Assembly: GCA_050331735.1 (NCBI GenBank)
Contig: JBHJGN010000051.1
Span: 30,684 to 94,683 of the forward strand
Length of the DNA stretch: 64,000 bases
DNA from: Cyanophyceae cyanobacterium
GTDB lineage: Bacteria > Cyanobacteriota > Cyanobacteriia > Cyanobacteriales > JBHJGN01
Direction: 5' to 3'
Positions 50,701 to 60,850 of this stretch are shown piece after piece. The notes under the pieces were generated by a model. The model did no database searches. It had not been told where the DNA came from and was given only the letters and a program-made list of their open reading frames with translations. The position numbers were made by a program, and so were the translations under genes. Positions within the stretch are counted from its first letter, which is position 1. Every line of letters begins with the position of its first letter.

Positions 50701-51009
50701 GTAGGGATTGTGGTGAACGATGCCATTGTCATGGTCGATACGATGAACCGCTATCAGGAAGAGGGGATGCAGAAACGGATGGCGGCGGCGAATGGCGTGG
50801 CTGACCGCTTGCGCCCTGTACTGACCACTAGTATTACGACCATCATCGGCTTGATTCCCCTCGCCTTGAGCGATCCGACCTGGATGCCCTTGTGTAGCGC
50901 GATTATCTTTGGCCTGATTGCCGCCACCTTGAGTGCCTTGCTCGTCGTTCCTTCACTGTATTTGCTGCTGACGCCGAAGACAGAGGGGAACGAGTCTGAG
51001 GCCACTTAG
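47782..51009 (+). CDS. RND efflux transporter (AcrB family)
   Basis: GILVD, GIVVNDAIV, RLRPVLTTS; start reassigned to ATG 47782. Confidence 0.95.
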   Translation: MSRLEEHSYSPKNEPPYFHDNKSDNAQKAPRLARFFFLNTIFAILLSLLFVVGGVLGYLAMTKQSNPDIDIAVANITTTWAGADPQSIEQQVTDEIETEISSVENVKQLRSASYTGFSVINVEFTSDANVDQSIQELREAVSQAEPELPEDAEQPIVEQVSVNDAPIITLALYGDIDPTVISQAAERIQDRLEQVAGVSEVNLGGAREEVVSIQMDPFRLATLGISPTTVANQIRTANQDVPLNEIESDLIGAQVRFYGRFRTLEDLRSLPITRLEGRVVRLEEIASVRRELEQEDTRAFISTRGEDYQPTVTVGAVKVPGQDSIEVINSVLETIDELQQNPDIWPFGMEYRIIADESEIIWEQLGNLFTNALQAMAAVFVILFIVLSWREALIAGLSIPLTFLGTLAILWLTGQTLNNMVLIGMVLSLGILVDVFILMMEGMHEAIFIRGLTFDRAALETVRNYAPPAFAGQLTTILALTPLLAISGTLGKFIELLPYTAIICLTLSFAIAILIDIPLSRYLLGNIKGVEAKSRMDRLSEAASKRFQRWSLNHTIKNRATARAWVLGTVALFVCAIFAFTQIPVEFFPQSDQRNFSVNVELPPTTTLATSQAVANELGEILREKDYLESVIKYVGQRSNLVPSGELQPTEGSYLVGFSGVLLPEDEREKISFEYLDDLRSELQAAINQYPGASLILNEQQAGEAGDPIQVELTGSNIAQLRQISQEVQLALRQIPGATDVRDNLGALQSDLRLVPKREELSFYDLSEQELASQAQYYTRAIDIGDFVIGGDEEDLEIRLSTAWPSRNGRVGGPTRRDELLAVRFFTDSDTEEVVSALAVVEPVQAEAPLSITRRDGRRTVTVLAKNEGNTVGQILDALEPKLQDMQQSWPQGYSYSFGGESEDQAETFGSAGQALALAVFLVFAVLVLQLGSFRQPFIILLAIPFATIGTFGGFFLVGIRFSFTAFIGIIALVGIVVNDAIVMVDTMNRYQEEGMQKRMAAANGVADRLRPVLTTSITTIIGLIPLALSDPTWMPLCSAIIFGLIAATLSALLVVPSLYLLLTPKTEGNESEAT

Positions 51010-51051
51010 ACCATTGGCTTACTGCTCGTCCGATGATTTTATGGCCATTAG

Positions 51052-51175
51052 GTCAGAGAGACCCCGCCGTAAGACGACGGGGCTTCCGCTGACTTCGTCA
51101 ATTCCTCCTTCTCTTGATGGAGGTTTTCATCACAGTGCCCGAACTACGATCAGCAATATCTCAGGGTGACCTGAT
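51052..51175 (-). mobile_element. IS200/IS605/IS607-type end remnant
   Basis: Minus strand GAAGCCCCGTCGTCTTACGGCGGGG hairpin of the kind found at the ends of TnpB-carrying IS; no transposase ORF nearby. Confidence 0.5.
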
Positions 51176-51303
51176 GATACTATTTCTGGAAAGTAAAGCT
51201 ACAGATACGGTGTAGGGGAAAAGGTTTCAGCGTTCTCTGTTCGTGTAGCATCTACCTTAAGAAATAGTATGAATACAAAGATACAAAGATTTAACTTCAA
51301 ATT

Positions 51304-51468
51304 ATGCAATATCGAACAACAATAGCGTCATCACTGATTACTTCGGGAATCGTGACTCTCCTGCTCAAAATCCTTCCGGGTAACTCCCTGTGGTGGGGCA
51401 TTGCTTTTCTGGCTATCGGCACTGCTGTCCTCTTCATCAAGAAAAGCGATCGCGTTCCCGCTCCTTAA
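51304..51468 (+). CDS. 54-aa two-TM small protein (not in ORF track)
   Basis: MQYRTTIASSLITSGIVTLLLKILPGNSLWWGIAFLAIGTAVLFIKKSDRVPAP. Confidence 0.55.
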   Translation: MQYRTTIASSLITSGIVTLLLKILPGNSLWWGIAFLAIGTAVLFIKKSDRVPAP

Positions 51469-51771
51469 ACTGAACAAGGCGAGCACGACAATATAGCGCC
51501 GGGCAGCATGATGCTATGCGAATGAGGAACCACCGCTGCCATTGGCGCTTTGGTCGGTCGATTTGATTAACAAATTGCTCATGAGTATTTTTTATCCTCA
51601 AGTCTGCTAAGAACCAGGGCCAACAAATCTAACTTTTCTCACAAACAAAATGACAAAGAGCCGTTGCTGTTTGTTAATCAACGAGCGTCAGGAATAGTAA
51701 TTTTGATCTATTCTTGCATCATTAACACCTGCAAGCTAATCTTGGTATCAAGACTAAACAAGGTAAACTCG

Positions 51772-52689
51772 ATGAACAACGATGCTAACCAAGTTAACTT
51801 TGATATTAAAGGAAGTTTTACTAAATCAGGTTTTTTGTCTGGTGGTTATTTTGAAGGGAGTTATTCCTATACTGCTGACACGCCAGATTCCAACAAAAGT
51901 CTAGGAAATGTTGGAGCCTTTAAGATTTCTGATTTTGAAATTAACGTTTTTGACAGCCGCTCAAAGCTTGTCGATACACTCAACGAAACGAACTCAACCG
52001 CTCGCATCATCTTGTCAGACCTCTCCTCCGCAATTCCCGGGGCTGACCAATATAAATTTACGACAACCCAAGATACAGAGGCAAACCCCAATGCGTTCTA
52101 CGAGGTTGGCTCAATACAACTGACGTTCGATTGGTCTGCCGGTGGCAGTACGAAATCTGCCCCGGCAGAAGCACCGGAAGCCTTTCAAGACGGTAGATTT
52201 TCCAGCTATGGGGCTACCGATAGCTGGGAAAGTTTTACGAATCCGCAATCGATTGCTGGTGCCAAGATTTTACCTTTTCGTGAACCAACCTCTCCAACCG
52301 ATGTGACCGGACTTGAGACTGACTCTGAAAGCAAACTTGAAATTGGTCTTTACGACGCGGACAGCAATACCCTCATTGCTTCCCTAGACAAGGAGCGGCA
52401 AATCTTGGCAAGCGAAGTCGCCGATAAGAAGCTGACAATTGCTGCGTCAGTCTCAGAAGAAAGCCGCTACTTCGGGCAGGTGGAAAGTATCTTCCTCAAT
52501 CTTAACGATGGACAAATCACTCGAACCGAGAATGTAGAACCCTATGCTCTATTTGGTGACCGGAGCGGGGATTTAAACGGAGGAAGTATCTTAGAAGGAG
52601 ACAACACCATCTCTTTTGAGCTGTATGACCAGAATCGCCAGGGAGGAAATCTGCTCGATACGGTCACTGTAGACTTCACCATCGTCTAA
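51772..52689 (+). CDS. Extracellular beta-rich hypothetical protein
   Basis: S/T/D/G-rich; C-terminal RTENVEPYALFGD module; ATG 51772. Confidence 0.7.
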   Translation: MNNDANQVNFDIKGSFTKSGFLSGGYFEGSYSYTADTPDSNKSLGNVGAFKISDFEINVFDSRSKLVDTLNETNSTARIILSDLSSAIPGADQYKFTTTQDTEANPNAFYEVGSIQLTFDWSAGGSTKSAPAEAPEAFQDGRFSSYGATDSWESFTNPQSIAGAKILPFREPTSPTDVTGLETDSESKLEIGLYDADSNTLIASLDKERQILASEVADKKLTIAASVSEESRYFGQVESIFLNLNDGQITRTENVEPYALFGDRSGDLNGGSILEGDNTISFELYDQNRQGGNLLDTVTVDFTIV

Positions 52690-52836
52690 GCACTCAGGTT
52701 CAATAGTATTTAGCAAACTCAAGCATTTGAAGACTGAGTTCCGGTTTAAAGGATTGTTGAATTAGAGGCGATCGCTAAAGCTCTGTAGCATAGGGTTTTA
52801 GCGAGCGACCGCGAGGCTATTTGGTAGTCAGTGCCA

Positions 52837-53802
52837 TTAGGGCTGTGGTCGGCTGCGTTGACCCATCAGTAGCTCATTGGCGATCGCCGTTCCCAACAAC
52901 ACTAGCCCACAGCCGACAATCATTGACACGGTAATCGTCTCTTTGAGAATGATTGCTCCCCAAAACATGGCGAACAGGGGAATCAAATAAGCCACTGTGA
53001 GGGCTTTAGTGGAGCCAAGATTGCTGATTAGTCTGAAATAGAGAATATAGGCCAAGGCAGTAGAGAGCAGCGCTAAAGCAATCACCGCCACCACCACATC
53101 AGCAGTCAGTGGTTGCTGGGGAACCGTAAACGGAAGCGCTGGTAACAGCAAAAGCGCTGCTCCAAGCTGACTGACAGTAGCTACAACTAGAGAAGGAACC
53201 GCGGCTAGCTTGCGTTTAGCGTAAGGGGCAGCGATCGCATATAGAACAGCAGCACCTAATCCTGCCAGCACGGCCAGAAAGAAATTAGGTGTAGCAGCAA
53301 CGGCTCTCCATCCAATCAAAATCACAACCCCGATAAATCCGATGACAAAACCGATCAGGCGAGAGGTGGTTAACTTTTCCTGAAGCCAAACCACCGCCAC
53401 AACTGTGCCAAACAGCGGTGCAGTAGCATTTAAAATAGCTGTAAAACCCGCAGGCAGAAAGACAGACGCAAAAGCAAAGAGCAAGAAGGGAATCGCAGAA
53501 TTAATCCAGCCGACAACCACCAGGGGAGCGAGATGACGGCGCACCTCCGGCAGAAGCTGCGCTCTTACTAAAATTGGCAACAAAACTAAACCTGCCAGCA
53601 AGACGCGAAACTCGATTAACCAAACCGGACCTAGTACTGGGGCAGCAATCCGCATCAACAAAAACGAGCCACCCCACAACGCTGCTAACAGTAACAGTTC
53701 AGCAATATCCGAAATTCTCATCGCTAATTCTCTTCGAGATCCTACATTACGACTCAATCTTTTCTCCATCGGGTAGAGGCGAATCAAAAGCAAGTTTATC
53801 AA
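52837..53802 (-). CDS. EamA/DMT transporter
   Basis: LLLAALWGGSF, about 10 TM helices; real start is probably MRISD. Confidence 0.92.
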   Translation of the reverse strand: MINLLLIRLYPMEKRLSRNVGSRRELAMRISDIAELLLLAALWGGSFLLMRIAAPVLGPVWLIEFRVLLAGLVLLPILVRAQLLPEVRRHLAPLVVVGWINSAIPFLLFAFASVFLPAGFTAILNATAPLFGTVVAVVWLQEKLTTSRLIGFVIGFIGVVILIGWRAVAATPNFFLAVLAGLGAAVLYAIAAPYAKRKLAAVPSLVVATVSQLGAALLLLPALPFTVPQQPLTADVVVAVIALALLSTALAYILYFRLISNLGSTKALTVAYLIPLFAMFWGAIILKETITVSMIVGCGLVLLGTAIANELLMGQRSRPQP

Positions 53803-53866
53803 CGGCTTCCTTTGCCCTTTCCCCGTTCCGTAAGAACGATTTTCCCTTTTCCCGTCGCGCAGCGAC

Positions 53867-54934
53867 TTAGCGATGCTCTAGCTCCAGCAGCAGACGCTTG
53901 CGCCACAGTCCGCCGCCGTATCCGGTTAACTGCCCATTTTTACCGATGACGCGATGACAAGGAATCAGAATATTGATCCGATTCATGCCGTTAGCTCTAG
54001 CGACGGCACGAGCGGCGGTTGGTTTACCAATGCGTCGAGCCAGCTCATCGTAGGCAATAGTCTTCCCGTAAGGAATGCGCTGTAGCTCTGACCACACCTG
54101 TTCTTGAAAAGTCGTCCCGCAAACCACCAGTGGAACAGAGAACTCAGATAGTTCCGCTGCAAAATAGCGAGCCAATTCCTCGCGCAAACGCTCAATATGA
54201 CTATTCGTAACGGGCAGAACTGGATAGCCAAACTGTTTGCTGAGCGCAGCGTAGTGATGCTCTAAGGCCTGTTTATCGGCATACTCAATCAAACAGACTC
54301 CTTCTTCAACTGCCCCAACCAGCAACGCTCCGAGAGGAGATTCTAAGATCTGTGTGGCTACAAAATCACCAGTATGGCTCTGTCCTGGCGGAACCCCAAA
54401 GACTTTACCAAAGGCTTCTCGAAAGCCACTGTGGGATTCATACTGATTGTTGAAGACGACATCATCGATAGCAGTTCCCGCTTGGAGTTGCATGAAAGCC
54501 TTGGCCAAACGCCGTCTGCGACACCATTCTACAAACGTCATTCCGTAGTGTTCGCGAAACCAGCGCCGGACTCGTTCAGGGGTTAAACCGAGTGATCGCA
54601 GCTCTGCGGCAGTGATTTTGACATCAGGAGTTTCTACCCGCTGCATCAGCGACACCACCCAGTCTGGTAATGCTCCATAGACTTCCAGCGGACGACAGCG
54701 TTTACACGGACGATAACCCGCAAAAACGGCCTCCCGAATCGTCGGCAAGAATTCGATGTTTTCCAGCTTGGCGCGGGAAGAACAAGAAGGACGACAGAAA
54801 ATCCCTGTAGTGCGAACAGCGACAAAAAACACCCCGTCATAACTAGCATCCTTACGCTCTACCGCCCGCTCCATTTCAGTGCGGGATGGCGATAACTTCA
54901 AAGACATCTGAATAGAAACACAATTTGATTCCAT
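53867..54934 (-). CDS. ada: Ada regulator / methylated-DNA-protein-cysteine methyltransferase
   Basis: CRPSC...PCKRC Zn site, AraC-type HTH, IPCHRV. Confidence 0.93.
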   Translation of the reverse strand: MESNCVSIQMSLKLSPSRTEMERAVERKDASYDGVFFVAVRTTGIFCRPSCSSRAKLENIEFLPTIREAVFAGYRPCKRCRPLEVYGALPDWVVSLMQRVETPDVKITAAELRSLGLTPERVRRWFREHYGMTFVEWCRRRRLAKAFMQLQAGTAIDDVVFNNQYESHSGFREAFGKVFGVPPGQSHTGDFVATQILESPLGALLVGAVEEGVCLIEYADKQALEHHYAALSKQFGYPVLPVTNSHIERLREELARYFAAELSEFSVPLVVCGTTFQEQVWSELQRIPYGKTIAYDELARRIGKPTAARAVARANGMNRINILIPCHRVIGKNGQLTGYGGGLWRKRLLLELEHR

Positions 54935-55181
54935 ATTGACTACAGCAATTCTAAAAGAGCGTGATGTTCTGGCAGTAATCAGGAGACAATCAACGGTCAA
55001 CCATCCACAAAAAACTAGCAAGCCAGACCATCTAACAATCGCGATGCTATATCTTGACAAACCTCAAGAATGGCTGTCTACCGAAAAAGCGACAAATTAT
55101 TAGTGTCTGCTGCTGTGGCTACTTCTTATTTCTGGAATTGACGGTATAAGTGAGGTGCAACCAAATAGAGCTGAGATAGAA

Positions 55182-56396
55182 ATGGACGACATTACAGAAA
55201 TTTGGGAAGACTTGGCAATCCCCAGGGGCGGCAAAATTATCTATGTCGTTTTAGATGGAGTCGGCGGCATCAGCGCTCCCCAGCAAGGCGGGACGGAATT
55301 ACAGGCTGCCCAGACTCCTCATCTTGACGAACTAGCGAAGCGCTCAAGCTGTGGACTGTTAGAAATTGTCGGTCCCGGCATCACTCCCGGTAGTGGTCCG
55401 GGGCATCTGACGCTGTTTGGCTATCATCCCCTCAAGTATCGCTTGGGGAGAGGCGTACTCTCGGCATTAGGCATCGATTTTGACTTGCAGCCAGGAGACG
55501 TGGCGGCCAGAGTCAATTTTGCCACCATCGATGCAGGCAGCGTCACCGACAGAAGGGCTGGCAGAATTGCCACAGACCTCAATGAGCGACTGTGCCAGAA
55601 AATTCGGGACAAGGTTGAGCTAGACTTTGACGGAACGTTTTTCTTTGAAACCGTCAGCGAACACCGAGCCGTTTTAGTGCTGCGCGGTTCAGGATTGGGA
55701 GGTCAGATCGAGGATACCGATCCGCAAACAACGGGCGTAGCTCCCCGCAGCCCGGAAGCCACCGCAGAAGATTCTCAATTTACAGCATCATTAATCGATT
55801 CTTTTGTCAATCAGGTCAAGGAAGTCCTTGCAGACGAAGACTCTGCCAATATGGTTTTGCTCAGAGGCTTTGAGCAGTATCACCCCCTACCTTCTTTAAA
55901 AGACCGCTTCAAGCTTCGAGGAGTCTGCATTGCCGATTATCCCATGTATCGGGGAGTTAGTCGCCTGATTGGGATGGACGTGCTGCCTAGACCGGGCAGC
56001 CTGGAAAAACGGTTTGAGGCTCTGCAAAATTGCTATGGAGATGAGTACGATTTTTACTTTTTGCACATCAAAAAAACCGATAGCCTCGGAGAAGATGCTG
56101 ACTTCGACAGCAAGGTGAAGTTGATTGAGCATGTTGACGAGCTGCTGCCGCAGGTTACGGCGTTAGAACCGGACGTACTCGTTGTTACAGCAGATCATTC
56201 TACGCCAGCCGTAATGGGTCAGCATAGTTGGCATCCGGTTCCGGTGATGCTTCAGGCCAAATTTGCTCGCCAAGACAACGTGGCTACTTTTGATGAATAT
56301 GCCTGCGAATTTGGCACGTTAGGAGTGCGTCCTGGAATTCACATTATGGGTTTAGCTCTAGCCAATGCGGAGAGACTCCAAAAGTTTGGGGCTTGA
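55182..56396 (+). CDS. apgM: Cofactor-independent phosphoglycerate mutase, ApgM type
   Basis: LDGVG, PGSGPGHL, TADHSTP, HSWHPVP. Confidence 0.88.
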   Translation: MDDITEIWEDLAIPRGGKIIYVVLDGVGGISAPQQGGTELQAAQTPHLDELAKRSSCGLLEIVGPGITPGSGPGHLTLFGYHPLKYRLGRGVLSALGIDFDLQPGDVAARVNFATIDAGSVTDRRAGRIATDLNERLCQKIRDKVELDFDGTFFFETVSEHRAVLVLRGSGLGGQIEDTDPQTTGVAPRSPEATAEDSQFTASLIDSFVNQVKEVLADEDSANMVLLRGFEQYHPLPSLKDRFKLRGVCIADYPMYRGVSRLIGMDVLPRPGSLEKRFEALQNCYGDEYDFYFLHIKKTDSLGEDADFDSKVKLIEHVDELLPQVTALEPDVLVVTADHSTPAVMGQHSWHPVPVMLQAKFARQDNVATFDEYACEFGTLGVRPGIHIMGLALANAERLQKFGA

Positions 56397-56722
56397 CTCG
56401 TCGCTGCGCAATGGGGAAATCTGTCTTTTCTTTCCTCGATCGAATCTAGATGTAATTTGTCGCTGATATTCAATCCGCTTGATTAGTGTTTATTTGCAAG
56501 GGAATAGCTTGAGTTAGTGGTTAGTGAGAAACCATCTTTTTTGGTAACGACTAACGACTAACTCTCGTCCAGTAATATTACGGCTGTTTAAACAGATTTG
56601 ATGTAATTTCTCAGTCTGAGCAGAGTCCTGCTACCTTTCGCGAGCAGTGCCCCGATACCCTGACTTTTTTCCTGAGCCATAAGCCTTTCCTCACACCGTG
56701 GTGATTAGAAGCGATACCAGCT

Positions 56723-57364
56723 TTATAGATCTGGTCGGGAGAGCAGATAGCGTCCGTGTCCCCAGCCAACGACTCGCGGCACTCCGCCTACCCATACTCC
56801 CCCGGCGGCAGGTAAATGCCCTTCAGGCGCGTTTAAATTGAAGGTGAGCTGAGCGTAGCTAAGCCAATTGTCTCGACCTCGCCAGCCAACGCGATCGCCA
56901 AAGGCTTGCCAAATTTCTTCGTTGTATTCGCGAGTCCCGCCCAAATTTTGGTAAATCCGCTTCTGAACGCTGAAGCCAAACCGTCCGCCGCTATAGGCCA
57001 CCCACAGCCGATCGATCGCGCGCAAATCTGGACCGGGGAAATCGTCGATATCGGTATGACGCAACCATCCCTCTCGTTCTCGGTCAGCAACCTCAAGAAC
57101 CACACGGTAGGTTTCCCAGTCAGCGTCTGGATAGTTTTGAGCCATCAGCAAGTCCTGAAGACGATTGTAGTCAACCATTCCTTCAAGCATGATGGGTCTA
57201 TATCGCTCCTCAAACACCAGTGATGTGATTTGTTGTGGGCGCAGGCGCGTCTTGCGCTTCGCCATTCTTGCCGTTGGGAACGTCACAGCGATCGCGACGA
57301 CGAGTCCCCAAACGACCCAGCCCCTAGTGTTGCTGCTAAAGGTGGCAATGTTAGAGCATACCAC
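56723..57364 (-). CDS. GUN4 domain protein (N-terminus uncertain)
   Basis: DYNRLQDLL, IDRLWVAYSGGRFGFSVQK, APEGHLP. Confidence 0.8.
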   Translation of the reverse strand: MVCSNIATFSSNTRGWVVWGLVVAIAVTFPTARMAKRKTRLRPQQITSLVFEERYRPIMLEGMVDYNRLQDLLMAQNYPDADWETYRVVLEVADREREGWLRHTDIDDFPGPDLRAIDRLWVAYSGGRFGFSVQKRIYQNLGGTREYNEEIWQAFGDRVGWRGRDNWLSYAQLTFNLNAPEGHLPAAGGVWVGGVPRVVGWGHGRYLLSRPDL

Positions 57365-57534
57365 TTAAACATCATTAACGGTTTTGGCTCGACGACATTT
57401 TAGGCAATATGCTTGCCAATTTCAAATTTTTTCGTTCTGAAGGAGCATTTTTAGGGAAGAAAAGCATGGTAGAGTTAACGGCACTCTGCTGTTGAAGCAA
57501 TCATCTACCGCTGCCGATCTGAGGAGAGCCGCCC

Positions 57535-59493
57535 ATGACCCTAAACGTCACGCAAAAACTCATTCAGTCTCACTTAGTTTCTGGAACACTCCAGCCCGGA
57601 GAGGAAATCGGGTTGCGAATTGAGCAGTCACTCACGCAAGATGCGACCGGAACGATGGTTATGTTAGAGCTAGAGGCTATGGGCTTAGAGCGGGTCAAAA
57701 CCGAATTGTCGGCGCAGTATGTCGATCACAACTTGCTGCAAACCGACTATAAAAACGCCGACGACCATCTCTTTCTGCGTTCAGCCTGTCAGCGGTTTGG
57801 CGTCTGGTATAGCCGGCCTGGAAACGGCATTTCCCACGCCGTACACATGGAACGCTTCGGCGTTCCTGGAAAAACCCTGATCGGCTCAGATAGCCACACT
57901 CCCGCCGCCGGCGGCCTAGGAATGCTGGCATTTGGAGCGGGTGGACTAGAGGTCGCGTTAGTGATGGCGGGAGAGCCCATGTTTATTCAAATGCCGCAAG
58001 TGCTGGGAGTTAAGCTGACTGGAACCCTGCCGGACTGGGTGAGCGCTAAGGATGTGGTGTTGGAGATGCTGCGGCGGTACGACGTGAAGGGCGGCAGAGG
58101 CTTAATTATTGAATACTACGGACCCGGATTGCAGAGTCTCCGGGCGATGGATCGCCACGTCATTGCTAATATGGGCACAGAAATGGGAGCGACGACCACG
58201 GTGTTTCCCTCGGATGCAGAAATCCGCCGCTTTTTAGTCACTCAGGGACGCGGGGAGGACTGGACCGAAATCGTGGCCGATGAAGGGGCAGACTACGACC
58301 TCCATGAGGAAATTAATCTCAGTGAATTAGTGCCGCTGATTGCCTGCCCGTCGAGTCCGGGGAATGTCGTTCCGGTCAGAGAAGTCGAGGGAAGAGAGGT
58401 CAGTCAGGTCGTGGTGGGTTCGTCTGCTAATCCAGGACTGCGGGACTTTTGGATCGTCAGCGCCATCGTCAAGGGCAAGCTAGTCAGCGATCGCGTTTCC
58501 TTTGATGTCAATCCGTCTTCTCGTCAGGTGATTGAAAATTTAGCGGCGCTAGATGACTCGTTCCTCAATCTGCTCCACGCCGGAGCGCGGTTCCACCAAG
58601 CGGGCTGTTTGGGCTGCATCGGTATGGGACAGGCTCCTGCCTCTCACCAAATTTCCCTGAGAACCTTTCCACGTAACTTTCCAGGGCGTTCCGGTACAGC
58701 AGACGATCGGGTCTATCTCTGTAGTCCCGAAACCGCGGCGGCGACCGCTCTCACTGGCAAAATCACCGACCCGCGAGATTTAGAGCAACTCTATAACATG
58801 AGCTATCCGCAGTTTGTGCTGCCGGAGCCGGAAATTATCAATACCGATATGCTAGTGCCTCCCCCGAGCAGCGGCTCTCAGGTAGAGCTAGAAAAAGGAC
58901 CAAACATTGATTCTTTTCCGATCTTTGAAGGGCTCCCGAATAACGCTCGTCTCCCAGTGCTGCTTAAGGTCGAGGACAATATTTCCACCGATGAAATTAT
59001 GCCGGCTGGAGCGCGAGTGCTGCCGTTTCGCAGTAATATCCCCGGCATTAGTCAGTTTGTATACTACCTTAAAGACGAAACCTTTGCCGAACGAGCACAG
59101 GTGGCGCAGGAGAAACTGGGCGGACACGTTTTAGTGGCGGGAGAGAACTATGCCCAAGGCTCAAGCCGAGAACACGCGGCGATCGCCCCGCGCTATTTGG
59201 GTCAGTTTGCGGTTCTCGCCAAATCCTATGCTCGCATCGGCTGGCAAAATCTCGTTAACTTCGGCATCCTTCCTCTTGAGTTCAATAATCCTGACGACTA
59301 CGACACCATCGACGAAGCCGACATGATTGAACTAGAGGGTTTGCGGGACGGTCTGAAAGACGGGAAAATCTCTGTCAAAAACACGACCAAAAACTTGGTT
59401 TATCCAATGACTCACCGCTTGAGTCCGCGTCAGCAGGAAATGGTGTTGAGTGGCGGATTAATTAATCACTACAAAGCCCAGTTACAGAACTAA
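57535..59493 (+). CDS. Aconitate hydratase (compact AcnA-type architecture)
   Basis: QDATG, GSDSHT, CLGCIG, RTFPRNF, ISTDEIMP, GSSREHAA. Confidence 0.92.
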   Translation: MTLNVTQKLIQSHLVSGTLQPGEEIGLRIEQSLTQDATGTMVMLELEAMGLERVKTELSAQYVDHNLLQTDYKNADDHLFLRSACQRFGVWYSRPGNGISHAVHMERFGVPGKTLIGSDSHTPAAGGLGMLAFGAGGLEVALVMAGEPMFIQMPQVLGVKLTGTLPDWVSAKDVVLEMLRRYDVKGGRGLIIEYYGPGLQSLRAMDRHVIANMGTEMGATTTVFPSDAEIRRFLVTQGRGEDWTEIVADEGADYDLHEEINLSELVPLIACPSSPGNVVPVREVEGREVSQVVVGSSANPGLRDFWIVSAIVKGKLVSDRVSFDVNPSSRQVIENLAALDDSFLNLLHAGARFHQAGCLGCIGMGQAPASHQISLRTFPRNFPGRSGTADDRVYLCSPETAAATALTGKITDPRDLEQLYNMSYPQFVLPEPEIINTDMLVPPPSSGSQVELEKGPNIDSFPIFEGLPNNARLPVLLKVEDNISTDEIMPAGARVLPFRSNIPGISQFVYYLKDETFAERAQVAQEKLGGHVLVAGENYAQGSSREHAAIAPRYLGQFAVLAKSYARIGWQNLVNFGILPLEFNNPDDYDTIDEADMIELEGLRDGLKDGKISVKNTTKNLVYPMTHRLSPRQQEMVLSGGLINHYKAQLQN

Positions 59494-59617
59494 AGGCTCT
59501 ACTGTACAGGGAACAGCACCATAGGCGCCGGGAAAGGATTTTAGCCCGGAGCTATTTTTTGTTTAAAGCCACCACTGTTTAGACTAGAAAACAATCAACC
59601 ATCAACAGTCAGCCACA

Positions 59618-60076
59618 ATGAGTCTAAAAGAGCAGATTACAGAAGACATTAAGTCCGCCATGAAAGCCAAAGATAAGGTGCGGCTAGAGACAGTGAGAAG
59701 CATTAAAAAAGCTCTGCTAGAAAAAGAAGTGGAGCTACGTCCATCTGGTCAAGCGTCCCTAACGGAAGACCAGGAACTCGAGCTGCTAGCTCAACAAGCG
59801 AAACAGCGGCGAGAATCAATCGAGCAGTATCGCCAAGGAGGACGAGAAGATTTAGCGCAAAGAGAAGCTCAGGAATTGGCAGTGATTGAAACCTATCTGC
59901 CTCAGCAGCTTTCTAAAGAGGAGCTGAATGCGGTTCTCGACGAGATTATTGCTTCTGTCGGAGCGACTTCTCCAAAAGACATGGGGAAAGTGATGGGGCC
60001 AGCAATGAAGCAGCTTAAGGGGAAAGCAGACGGAAAGCAGGTGCAGGCGATGGTTAAGAGCAAGCTCGATGGTTAG
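59618..60076 (+). CDS. GatB/YqeY domain protein
   Basis: AMKAKDK, QRRESIEQY, YLPQQLS, KDMGKVMG. Confidence 0.93.
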   Translation: MSLKEQITEDIKSAMKAKDKVRLETVRSIKKALLEKEVELRPSGQASLTEDQELELLAQQAKQRRESIEQYRQGGREDLAQREAQELAVIETYLPQQLSKEELNAVLDEIIASVGATSPKDMGKVMGPAMKQLKGKADGKQVQAMVKSKLDG

Positions 60077-60201
60077 TCTGAGTCGTTCATTTGCTCTTAC
60101 TCAAGGTAGCCGGGGCATGGTTCCGTATGGCCTTTAGCATGCGCCTTTCTGCGGTCGGCGTAGCGCGAAGCGTCTCCGTAGAAGTTGATCTCCTCGGAAC
60201 G

Positions 60202-60693
60202 TTAGACATTCGGTTCGCACTCCCGCTGTGTGACCTGATGGCGATAGCAAAACATATCCTTGAGTCGCGCATTTACCCACCACTCCAGCAGTAATTCGCT
60301 AACCCATCCTCCCGGAAGTTCGTACTCAATCATGTCGGTTAGGCGAGTCCCGCCGTTTTCTGGAATAAACAGATGACGATGGTTCCAAGACTCCATTGGT
60401 CCCTCTGTCTGCTGGTCAACAAACAGGCGATAGGGTTCGCATTCAGTATGCTGAGCTAGCCAGCGCACCGGCACCGGACCCAAAAGCAGGCGGAATTCAG
60501 AAATGGCGCCAATTCCTAATCCTCCTTCGCGCCGCACAACTTCAACGGGTTGCCATGGGGGAGTTAGCAACTGTAGGATATCCGGTCTTTCATAAAAGTG
60601 CCAAACCTCTTCTACTGAAGCATTAATGAAGCTGGAAAACGCAAAATGCAGCATGGGGAGCAGGGAACGGTAACCAGTGACCAGTGACCACAA
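60202..60693 (-). CDS. SRPBCC family protein
   Basis: LTPPW, FVDQQTEGP..W.HRH, MFCYRH; real start is probably MLHFAF. Confidence 0.88.
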   Translation of the reverse strand: MWSLVTGYRSLLPMLHFAFSSFINASVEEVWHFYERPDILQLLTPPWQPVEVVRREGGLGIGAISEFRLLLGPVPVRWLAQHTECEPYRLFVDQQTEGPMESWNHRHLFIPENGGTRLTDMIEYELPGGWVSELLLEWWVNARLKDMFCYRHQVTQRECEPNV

Positions 60694-60850
60694 TATCTAA
60701 TGGTCAGTGTTAACGATTTTAGCTGACTGTTCTTCTGAGGCGAGGATGAAGAATTAATTTTCTTCGCTGGAGAAATGATGACAACTTGCTAGTCTAGGAG
60801 ACTTTTAATACTAATCTTGATACTGGCATCCTCTGTCACGGTTTCCTGTA

